Shown here piece by piece: positions 29,785 through 38,100 of a DNA stretch of 64,000 nucleotides. The position numbers were made by a program, and so were the translations under genes. The stretch is from a virus (taxonomy: Duplodnaviria; Caudoviricetes). Within the stretch, counting starts at the first letter, position 1, and every line of letters starts with the position of its first letter. A model generated the notes under the pieces. The model did not search any database. It saw nothing but the letters and a program-made list of their open reading frames with translations, and was not told where the DNA came from. The DNA lies in IMG/VR virus record IMGVR_UViG_2786546133_000001, positions 25,636 through 89,635 of that record. One strand, given 5' to 3'.

Positions 29785-30275
29785 TGACGGGGACGGCCGC
29801 GAGTCTCAACCTCGTCGACGGGGCGTGGGCGCAGACGGGCACGCTCAACTTCCTGCACACGCTCACCGGGGCACTCCGGGCCTGGGAGACCGTGCCCGAG
29901 GTGCCTTTGCTGACCATCCCGCGCGCCGGCGTGTGGGAGGTCAACTATCAGGTGCGCGGAGTCGCGCTGCTCCCGGCGCCGGGAGCAGCGGCCATCGACA
30001 CGGGTGTCGTCGCCGGTATGTACAAGAACGGGGCCCTCGTTCCCGGCACGGAAGCCATGGTCATCTACCACAGCGAAGCTGCGGGCGACCAGGGAAAGCA
30101 GATCCAGGCGACGGCCTCACGACAGTTCATGCACACGTTCGCCGCCGGGGACACGGTGGGCCTCGGCGCCTACCGCCTCGGTACGTCCGGCAGCGCCTCA
30201 GTGGTCAGCAACGGCGACGGCCGTACGTACATCTCGGCCCACTGGGTCGCCCCGGAAGGGGACAGCCCCTCATGA
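29784..30275 (+). CDS. C1q/TNF-like beta-domain protein (paralog C)
   Basis: MTGTAASL; LTIPRAGVWEV; TGATG coupling. Confidence 0.65.
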   Translation: MTGTAASLNLVDGAWAQTGTLNFLHTLTGALRAWETVPEVPLLTIPRAGVWEVNYQVRGVALLPAPGAAAIDTGVVAGMYKNGALVPGTEAMVIYHSEAAGDQGKQIQATASRQFMHTFAAGDTVGLGAYRLGTSGSASVVSNGDGRTYISAHWVAPEGDSPS

Positions 30276-30742
30276 CCGGTACCGCCGCCAGTCTTCGCAT
30301 CGCCGGTAGTGGCTTCGCTGTCCTGCCGGGAGGCGTCGACCTCATGCCGGCCGCCTCCGGGGCGTGGGTCGATATCGGGTTGTCGCTCGCGCTCCCCGCG
30401 GCCGGCACGTACCACCTGGACGCGGTTGTCCGGGGCAACATCGGCCGCATGACCACGGGTGAGAACGCGTACATCGCCGCCCGGCTGTGGGACGTCACCG
30501 CGGGCGCCGTCGTGCCCTTCACTGAGGCCATCGTCGTGCAGATCGCCGAGTTCGCCGGGGGTGCCGCGACGGCGTTGCAGTGGAACGACTCCGCCGCGAT
30601 CAGCGTCGAGTACGCGGTCACGTCGCCGAGAACGATCCGCCTCGAAGCCGCCCGGACCGATATCTCGGGTACCACCGACGTCGCCGGTATCGGTTCCGGC
30701 GGAATCCAGCAAACCACCCTGCGCTACGCGCGCATCGCGTGA
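30272..30742 (+). CDS. C1q/TNF-like beta-domain protein (paralog D)
   Basis: MTGTAASL; LALPAAGTYHL; ARLWDVTAGAVVP shared with paralog A. Confidence 0.65.
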   Translation: MTGTAASLRIAGSGFAVLPGGVDLMPAASGAWVDIGLSLALPAAGTYHLDAVVRGNIGRMTTGENAYIAARLWDVTAGAVVPFTEAIVVQIAEFAGGAATALQWNDSAAISVEYAVTSPRTIRLEAARTDISGTTDVAGIGSGGIQQTTLRYARIA

Positions 30743-30764
30743 CCCTTCACCTGGAGGAATCCTC

Positions 30765-31232
30765 ATGGCAGGAACCAGCGGTAGCGTCGCGGGACGGCCA
30801 GATCTTGAGTACGAGATCCTGTGTGACACGGCGGGGGCGTTCCTGCGCCGGTACGTCTTGGACGACACGGGCGCCCTCACGCACGTCGACACAACCCTGG
30901 ACGGTGCGGCGTACGTCCCGGTGGGGGCCGTGCAGCGCTGCTCGACGCCCGCCGCCCCCGCGAACCCGGTTATCGACGGCACGATCCAGCGGCAGCCCGG
31001 CGTAGGAACCATCACGATCCCGGCGGGAGCCCGCTCGATCACCCTCGTCGTCTACACGGGAAACCCGACCGTCGCCATCGGAGGCGGTCCGGCCGTAACG
31101 GTCGCGGCCGGGACCTCGCTCACGTGGGGCGTCGACCGAGGCGGCGACGCCGGCGAGAGCCTGCAAGACGCCTACGTTTTCACCGGCGTCGCGGGCAGTG
31201 ACTTCCTCGTCTCGTCGACCCGCGAGATCTGA
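30765..31232 (+). CDS. Minimal version of the Cys-repeat fibre proteins
   Basis: One LCD..AFLRR..LDG..YVP.G.V..C module plus shared C-terminal domain; GGAGG RBS. Confidence 0.7.
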   Translation: MAGTSGSVAGRPDLEYEILCDTAGAFLRRYVLDDTGALTHVDTTLDGAAYVPVGAVQRCSTPAAPANPVIDGTIQRQPGVGTITIPAGARSITLVVYTGNPTVAIGGGPAVTVAAGTSLTWGVDRGGDAGESLQDAYVFTGVAGSDFLVSSTREI

Positions 31233-31537
31233 TGACCACGGCCGGGGACTACGAAGCGCCGCAGCGTCGGCAGGAACGCGCCACCGCTGTCACGGACGCC
31301 AACGGCTCGGCCGTCTTCAACTGGCCCGCCGGGGCGTTCCCAGGCCCGCCGGTCGTCGCGCTCGCCGTCGAGGCGGGGGCCGGATTCCGCTCCGCGCGGA
31401 TCTCGGCGAACACCGCGACGTCGACGACGGTCAACGTGCTTCAGGCGGCCGGCGTGACCATCCTCGGTATCGGCGTCCTCGCCACGGGTACGCCCGCGGC
31501 GGGGGTCACCGTTCACGCGACGGCGACGGCCCCTTAG
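31232..31537 (+). CDS. Small beta-rich virion protein, paralog of 41856-42329 C-terminus
   Basis: TDANGSAVFNWP...PPVVALAV...GVTVHATA. Confidence 0.65.
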   Translation: MTTAGDYEAPQRRQERATAVTDANGSAVFNWPAGAFPGPPVVALAVEAGAGFRSARISANTATSTTVNVLQAAGVTILGIGVLATGTPAAGVTVHATATAP

Positions 31538-31554
31538 CGCTGATCGCCGACCGA

Positions 31555-31611
31555 TAAACTCAACTCTTGAGCCGCTGGTTTTGGGCCGGGCCCTCTGATC
31601 CTTCAGGAGGG
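31555..31611 (+). promoter_or_regulatory. Late leader element 3: TAAACT + GCTGGTTTTGGGCCGGG + SD-occluding hairpin
   Basis: Motif 31574-31590; CCCTCTGA pairs with TCAGGAGGG; GTG 31619. Confidence 0.8.
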
Positions 31612-31618
31612 TGCGGCC

Positions 31619-32293
31619 GTGTCCTGTCCGCTCATTGCCAACGCCGACGTCATGCGCGTCACACGCCTCGACCAGTGCGGCAACCCCATCACCGGCGCCG
31701 ACAACGGGTTCGTCTTCGAGTGCTTCAGCTCGCTCGCGATGAACAACAACTCCGACGACGGCGACGACATCGAGTACAAGGCCGCCAACGGCAAGATCTG
31801 TGGTTTCAAGAAGGGCTGCCCCACCTTCAAGGGTTTCGACCTGGAGCTGAACGTGTTCAGCGTCTCCCCGGAGCTGATCGAGATCCTCACGGGGAACCCG
31901 GTCTACCTGGGGTTCGACGGCGCACCGATCGGCTTCGACACGTGCTCGATCAAATGCGACACGGGCTTCGCGCTGGAGCTGTGGGCCGAGGTCCTCGGCG
32001 ACCAGTGCGCGGCGGGCGCACAGGGGCAGTGGATCTACTTCCTGCTGCCGTGGGTCACGAACGGTCTGCTCGGCGACCTGGAGATCGGCAGCGAGGCCGT
32101 GACGCTCCAGATCACCGGCTCGACGCGCGCGGGTGGCGCGTGGGGTGTCGGCCCGTACAACGTTCAGCCGGCCGACGCCGCGGGCACGCCCGGCCCGATG
32201 CTCACCCCGCTCGATGCGTCCTGCCACCGCCGGACGTTCATCACGACCACGCCGCCGCCGGTCCCGTCCTGTGACTACGTCGCGGTGCCGTGA
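31619..32293 (+). CDS. Major tail (tube) protein
   Basis: MRVTRLDQCG...FALELW...YFLLPWV; size and position. Confidence 0.75.
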   Translation: MSCPLIANADVMRVTRLDQCGNPITGADNGFVFECFSSLAMNNNSDDGDDIEYKAANGKICGFKKGCPTFKGFDLELNVFSVSPELIEILTGNPVYLGFDGAPIGFDTCSIKCDTGFALELWAEVLGDQCAAGAQGQWIYFLLPWVTNGLLGDLEIGSEAVTLQITGSTRAGGAWGVGPYNVQPADAAGTPGPMLTPLDASCHRRTFITTTPPPVPSCDYVAVP

Positions 32294-32322
32294 CCGTAGA
32301 CGGCCTACCGAGCGGCCGTGAG

Positions 32323-32354
32323 GCAGCCGTACGGCCTGAGCGCCGTACGGCTGC
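32323..32354 (+). terminator. Stem-loop after major tail gene
   Basis: GCAGCCGTACGGC / GCCGTACGGCTGC. Confidence 0.55.
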
Positions 32355-32389
32355 ACCATTCCCAACCACCAGCGGCGAGAGGTCCGCAG

Positions 32390-33196
32390 ATGGCGCTACA
32401 GCAGCCCTTGTGTGAGCCGTGGCCGTTCGATCCGTCGTGCTGCTCGGCGGCCGAGGGCGTCGACGAGGCGGTCATCGACCGTTGGCGGTCCGTGGCGACG
32501 ACGATCCTGTTCAACCTGTCCGGCCGGCGGTGGGGGCCGTCGTGCCCGTACACGGTGCGCCCGTGCCGTCGGCGCTGCCTCGACGCGCTGCCGCTCGCCG
32601 CGTCCTGGTCGTACGGCTCGCCGTGGATCCCGTACATCGGCAGCGACGGCGAGTGGCGCAACGCGAGCGTGTGCGGCTGCCGGTCCGACTGCTCGTGCGA
32701 CGAGCTGTGCGAAGTCCGCCTCGAAGGGCCGGTGTACGACGTGCTCGGCGTCGAGGTCGACGGCGTGACGCTGCCGGCGTCGGCGTACCGCGTCGACGAC
32801 GCCGGGATGCTGGTCCGCACCGACGGGCAGTGCTGGCCCGACTGCCAGAGCATGGCGGCGCCGCTCGGCCAGCCGGGCACGTTCGGCGTTCACTACCGGA
32901 TCGGGCTGCCGCTCGACGATGCGGCGATCGCCGCATACAGCGAACTCGTCTGCCACTTCCTCAAGGGGTGCGGCGGCGGGGCGTGCGGCTGCAAGATCCC
33001 GGCGAACGTCACGCGGCTGAGCCGGCAGGGCGTCGAGCAGGAGTTCAGCGACCCGACGCTCATCTACTCCGAGATGCGCACCGGCCTGCCGCTCGTCGAC
33101 CTGTGGCTGACGACCGTCAACCCCTACCGGCAGACCTCGCCGTCGCGGGTCTACTCCCCCGACTTCCGGCGCCCCAGGGCGCAGACCTGGCCGTAA
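32390..33196 (+). CDS. Head-to-tail adaptor
   Basis: ATTILFNLSGRR...VTRLSRQGV...TGLPLVDLWL..VNP. Confidence 0.7.
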   Translation: MALQQPLCEPWPFDPSCCSAAEGVDEAVIDRWRSVATTILFNLSGRRWGPSCPYTVRPCRRRCLDALPLAASWSYGSPWIPYIGSDGEWRNASVCGCRSDCSCDELCEVRLEGPVYDVLGVEVDGVTLPASAYRVDDAGMLVRTDGQCWPDCQSMAAPLGQPGTFGVHYRIGLPLDDAAIAAYSELVCHFLKGCGGGACGCKIPANVTRLSRQGVEQEFSDPTLIYSEMRTGLPLVDLWLTTVNPYRQTSPSRVYSPDFRRPRAQTWP

Positions 33197-33208
33197 GGAG
33201 GCCCCGCC

Positions 33209-33793
33209 GTGGCGTTGCGCCCTACGGCCATTCACGACCTCGCGCAGGCCGTCCTCGCGTGCGTGTGCGCGGCGTTGGAGGAGACGGCCGCAGAGGTCCC
33301 CGGACAGCCCGGCTGTCCGTGCCGCGCGTGCGTCGTGCCGGGCACGCCGGCCTGGGACTCGTGCGCCGACCCGTGCACAGGCGATACCGGCGGGCAGCTC
33401 ACGGTCAACGTCGCCCGCGTGTACCCGTCGAGCGACTTCCCGACGCAGTCCAACGACGTGCAGGGCGTCCGCGGCTGTATGCCCGCGCCGGTCACCGCCG
33501 TCGAGCTCGTTATCACGTTGCTTCGCTGCGCGCCGGGCCCGAACGAGAACGGCTGCCCGCCGTCGTGCGACGACCTCGCCGCCGCGGCGCAGGTGCTGCA
33601 CGTCGACGCCGTGACCGTCATGAACGCCCTGTACTGCTGCCTGCCCGGCCTCGGCGAGGCCCGCCGGGGCCTGAAGTTCGTCGTCGGCGCGCAGCGCACC
33701 ATCGGGCCCGAGGGCCTCTGCGTCGGCGTCGAGCAGCGCGTCACCGTGGCACTGGGCGGCTGCTCGTGCCCCGAGGAAGGAGTCAACCCGTGA
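33209..33793 (+). CDS. Tail terminator/completion-like protein (Cys-rich)
   Basis: AAGGAGG RBS; position; about 16 Cys. Confidence 0.55.
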   Translation: MALRPTAIHDLAQAVLACVCAALEETAAEVPGQPGCPCRACVVPGTPAWDSCADPCTGDTGGQLTVNVARVYPSSDFPTQSNDVQGVRGCMPAPVTAVELVITLLRCAPGPNENGCPPSCDDLAAAAQVLHVDAVTVMNALYCCLPGLGEARRGLKFVVGAQRTIGPEGLCVGVEQRVTVALGGCSCPEEGVNP

Positions 33794-34194
33794 GTGTCGA
33801 GGTCACGGTCAACCCGGACGTGATCGCTCGTCTGCTGCGGCGCCGCGGCGGGACGGTCGAGCGGAAGCTGCGGCAGCGGACCGAGCGCGTCGCGAACATC
33901 GCGGAGAACGAGGCGCCGGGCAGCATGGGCGACTACGTCTCGTGGGACGTCACAGAGGGGGCGCGCGGACTTCAGGGCGTCATCGTCTGCGACCATCCGG
34001 CCGTCCTGTTCGTGCTCAAGGGGACGCGGCCACACATCATCCGGCCCCGCCGTCAGCGGTCGGCGAGGAACCCCCGGCGACGGGCGATGCTGCGCTTCGA
34101 GACCGGCGGCCGCGTCGTCTTCGCGAGGCAAGTCCACCACCCCGGCACCCGCGCGAACAACTTCCTGGCGCGCGCCCTGCGCATGGGCCGTTGA
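33790..34194 (+). CDS. HK97 gp10-like tail completion protein
   Basis: GTRPHIIRP...VFARQVHHPGTRANNFLARAL. Confidence 0.75.
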   Translation: MSVEVTVNPDVIARLLRRRGGTVERKLRQRTERVANIAENEAPGSMGDYVSWDVTEGARGLQGVIVCDHPAVLFVLKGTRPHIIRPRRQRSARNPRRRAMLRFETGGRVVFARQVHHPGTRANNFLARALRMGR

Positions 34195-34231
34195 CCCGAG
34201 CCGTCGAGCGCTCGGCGCCGCGACCAGCGGC

Positions 34232-34295
34232 TACCCTCGGGGGTGCGCTGCTGGTTGTGGGCCGGGCGAGGAGCGGGAGACAGGGATACACCTGT
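34232..34295 (+). promoter_or_regulatory. Late leader element 4: TACCCT + GCTGGTTGTGGGCCGGG + hairpin over start codon
   Basis: Motif 34250-34266; ACAGG pairs with CCTGT; GTG 34294. Confidence 0.78.
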
Positions 34296-34833
34296 GCGTA
34301 AGTCCTTTGCCCTGAACACACAGCCACACGTCGCCGAGATCGGCGAGACCGAGCTCGAATTCCAGCCCGAAGTCATGGGCGACGAGTTCATGGACGCGTA
34401 CGCCGAGATGCGCGACGCGCAGCAGGCGCAGGGCGTCGACCTCGACGACCTCGCCGAGGCGGACCCGAAGGTCGTCCGCGGTACGGTTCGCGCGCTGCGG
34501 GTGTTCCTCGCCCGGCAGATGCTGCCCGCGTCGGCGGCGCTGTTCCTCCGCCTGAACGTCGTCGACTCGACCGGCGACGTCCTCGCGTCGTACGACGACC
34601 TGGGCGAGGCCGAGGCCGCCGCGGCAGAGAAGCCGGGCCGGCGCGTCGTCGACGAGCTGCGGCTTCCGACGCGCGTGATCGTCGAACTCCTCGAATGGGT
34701 CGTCGAGCTGTACGGGGGTGGCGACCGCCCTACTACGTCGTCTTCCGCATCTGCGACAGCATCGAGGCCGAGTGGAACGCGTGGGACGGGAGCCTCGCCC
34801 TCCAAGGCGTCGACCCGCACGCGTGGCCGCTAA
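34294..34833 (+). CDS. Tail assembly chaperone (G)
   Basis: Upstream of tape measure; low-complexity tail after RPT. Confidence 0.75.
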   Translation: MRKSFALNTQPHVAEIGETELEFQPEVMGDEFMDAYAEMRDAQQAQGVDLDDLAEADPKVVRGTVRALRVFLARQMLPASAALFLRLNVVDSTGDVLASYDDLGEAEAAAAEKPGRRVVDELRLPTRVIVELLEWVVELYGGGDRPTTSSSASATASRPSGTRGTGASPSKASTRTRGR

Positions 34834-35069
34834 GGCGCATGCTGAACGCCGCCGAGGCCGCCATGAGCGCGGCGGCGGAAGACGACGCCGCGAGGCAGCG
34901 CAACCGGGCGAAGCTGTACGCGCCGCCGCCGCGTGCCGCTCGTAGGCAGACGGCGGGCACGAGCCGGCCGCGACCGGCGAGCGGAGGCCTGAGCCTGGAC
35001 GCCGCTCGGGCGCTCATGTCCCAGGTCGCGAGCGAGGACGCGCGGCTCACGGGCCGGCGCAGCGGATAA
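34728..35069 (+). CDS. Tail assembly chaperone -1 frameshift extension (GT)
   Basis: Overlapping -1 ORF PYYVVFRICDSIEAEW... begins near CGCCCTAC 34726-34733; exact shift site inferred. Confidence 0.6.
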   Translation, partial: PYYVVFRICDSIEAEWNAWDGSLALQGVDPHAWPLRRMLNAAEAAMSAAAEDDAARQRNRAKLYAPPPRAARRQTAGTSRPRPASGGLSLDAARALMSQVASEDARLTGRRSG

Positions 35070-35156
35070 TCTGGAGATCACGGCAGCGCCCCGGCGCTGC
35101 TGCTCGCCGACTGGTTATGGGCCGGGCACCGTTCACGACTTCGTGAGGGTGCCCGG
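35067..35156 (+). promoter_or_regulatory. Late leader element 5: TAATCT, hairpin, ACTGGTTATGGGCCGGG, long SD-occluding hairpin
   Basis: Motif 35110-35126; CCGGGCACC/GGTGCCCGG and TCACG/CGTGA stems; GTG 35156. Confidence 0.78.
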
Positions 35157-38100
35157 TGACCACCCCAGCCGGCGACAGCGAGGATTTCGGGTCCGCTCGG
35201 ATCACGATCACGCTCGACGACAGCGGCGCCCTCCGCGACGCGCGCGACCTCGGGCAACGCATTCAGCAGGCCCTCGACAGGGCGACGCGCAACACCGGCG
35301 ACCAGATCCGCCGGAACATCGAGCGCGGCCTGCGGGCGGCGGCCGTTTCCGTTCGCGTCGAACCGGACACCTCCCGGTTCCGTACGCAGCTCGCCGCCGA
35401 CCTGCGCGGCCTGGACACTTCGATCAGGGTCACGGCGGATCCGCAGTTTTTCCGGACCCGGCTTCAGGCCGCACTTCGCAGCACGGGCGGCCTGACCGTC
35501 GACATCGGCGTCAACGAGGCACGGCTGCGGGCCCGGCTGAACCGGGTCACGCGGCGGATGACGGCGAACGTCACCCTGGCCCCGGACACGACCCGCTTTC
35601 AGGCGCGGGTCAACCGGGCACTGCGCGGGATCACGGCTCAAGTCCGCGTCGAACCGGACGTCGCTCGTTTCGCTGCTCGGCTGCGGTCGCAGTTGCGGGG
35701 GCTCGGGGCCGTCACCGTCCAGGCGCGGGCGGACGCCGCTCGTTTCCGGCGGCAGTTGGAGCGCGACCTGCGCGGGCTGCCGCCGATCAGCATCCGGGTA
35801 GACCCGGATCTGTCTCGGCTGAACGACGCGCTTCGCCGTCACAACGCGCCGACTGTGCGTGTGCCGGTCGACGTCGACCGCAACCGGCTGACCAGGGCTC
35901 TCGGCAGCCTGACGAGCAGTCTCGGCAGCATCGGCAAGCGGGCCGGGACCGCGCTCGGCGGGCTGCTCAAATTCGGGGCTATCGGCATCGCGGCGGCGAG
36001 CGCCGCGCAGAGCGTCGCCGGTCTCGTCGCCGCGCTCGCCCCGGCCGCCGGGATCATCGCCGCCTTCCCCGCAGCGGTCGCCGGCGTACAGATCTCGCTC
36101 CAGACCCTCAAGCTCGCCGTCCTGGGCGTCGGGGACGCCCTGAGCGCCGCGTTCTCCGGGGACGCGAAGGCGTTTCAGGAGGCGCTCGACAAGCTCGCTC
36201 CGGCGGCACAGAAGGCCGTCCTCGCCGTCAAGGCGCTCCAGCCCGAGCTGTCGAAGGTCCAGCAGTCCGTACAACAGGCGTTCTTCCGGCAGTTCTCGGG
36301 CGACGTCGGCGCGGCGATCAAGAACCTGCTGCCGTTGCGGACGCAGCTCGCCGGGCTGGCCGGGGAGTTCGGCAAGGCCGCCGACGAGGGTCTGAAGTTC
36401 GCCGCGTCTCAGCAGGCCGTCGCGCCGTTGCGGCAGATCATCCAGGGCACGACGCAGGCGGCGTCGGGGCTTCAAGCGGTCGTCGCGCCGCTCGCGAAGG
36501 GCTTCCTCGACGTCGCCGCGGCGGTGTCGAAGGCGTTCGGCTCGCAGGTCGGCGGCGCGATCGCTCAGGCCGGCGCGCAGTTCGGGACGTTCCTGTCGGA
36601 GTTCGCCGCGTCGGGCCGGGCGGTCGACGCCGTCCGGGGCGCGGTCGGTGTCTTTCAGCAGCTCGGCGCGATCGCGTCGAACGTCGGCGCGATCATCTCG
36701 GGCGTCTTCTCCGCCGCGTCCGGGGCGGGCGGCGGGCTGCTGAACAACCTCCAGACGATCACCGGCGCGTTCCGCGAGTTCGTCCAGTCCGCGCAGGGAC
36801 AGGAGGCGATCGGGAAGATCTTCGGCACGATCGGGACGATCGCCGCGCAGCTCGGGCCGATCCTGTCCGCGCTCGTCGGCCAGCTCGGGCAGATCGCGCC
36901 CGCGCTCGGCCCCGTCTTCTCGACCCTCGGCCCGGCGATCACGGGCCTGATCAACGCGCTCGGGCCCGCCCTGGCGGCGATCGCGCCGAGTCTCCAGACC
37001 GTCGCCGCCGCCCTCTCCGATGCCTTCGAGTCCATCGGCCCCAGCCTGGGCCCGCTCGGGCAGGCGATCGCCCAGGTCGTCACCGCACTGGCCCCGCTGC
37101 TGCCGCTCGCCGGGCAGCTCGTGTCGGTCCTGGCGACCGCCCTCGCGCCCGTTCTCTCGACACTCGCACAGGCGTTCCAGCCGATCATCCAGGCTGTCGT
37201 TGGCGCGCTCATGCCGATTCTGCCGCCGCTCGCCGACGCGTTCGTTCAGCTCGTCACCGCCCTGACGCCCCTCGCGACCGGCATCGGCCAGGCGATCGCA
37301 CAGGTCTTCCAGATCCTCGGCCCGGTCCTGACGCAGGTCGCGAACGTCATCGCTCAAGTCGCGGTCGCGCTGGTGCCACTGATCACCGCCCTCACGAACG
37401 CCCTGCTGCCGATCCTGCCGCCCATCGTCCAAGCCTTCTCGGCGATCTTGCAGGCGATCGTTCCGATCCTGCCGCCGGTCGCGCAGCTCGTCGCCGCCCT
37501 GGCCCCGCTGCTGGTGACGATCACGAACCTGCTCGCCCCCGTGCTCCAGATCGCTGCGGCGTTCGTGTCGTGGACGGCGATCAACATCGTCGTGCCGGTC
37601 ATTCAGGCCGTCGTCGGCATCCTGACCGGCCTGTTGACCGCTTTGTCATCTGTCGTCACGTTCATCACGAATCTGCCGTCGCTGATCGTGGCGGGCCTGT
37701 CGGCCCTCGGCTCCCTGATCTCGACCGCTTTCACCGCAGTCGTCACGTTCTTCCAGGGTCTTCCGGGGATGATCCTGGCCGCGTTGCAGGCGCTGCCGGG
37801 GCTGCTGAGCAACCTCTTCCATCTGGCGCTTCAGGCCGTGGGCACGGTCATCGGTACCGGTATCGGCCTGGTGATCCTGCTGTTCACCCGCGTGCCGGGG
37901 CTGATCGGCAACGCGCTCGTCTCGCTCGGCTCGCTGCTGGTCAGCCTGTTCACGTCGGCGTTGAACGCGGGCAAGTCGGCGGTGTCCGCCGGGATCTCGG
38001 CGACCGTCTCGTTCTTCTCGCAGCTGCCGGGCCGCGCGGTGTCGGTCCTCTCGTCCCTGCCGGGCCGGGCGGCGTCGGTGCTGCGCTCGGCGGGTTCGGC

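Noticed and set aside
682-32375. Partial reverse-complement matches to the leader motif (CCCAACCAGCGG near 683; CCCGGCCC...AACCAGC 3940-3969; CCCAACCACCAGCGG 32361) as antisense regulators
   Set aside because: Only partial or gapped matches in very GC-rich DNA; cannot be distinguished from chance without statistics
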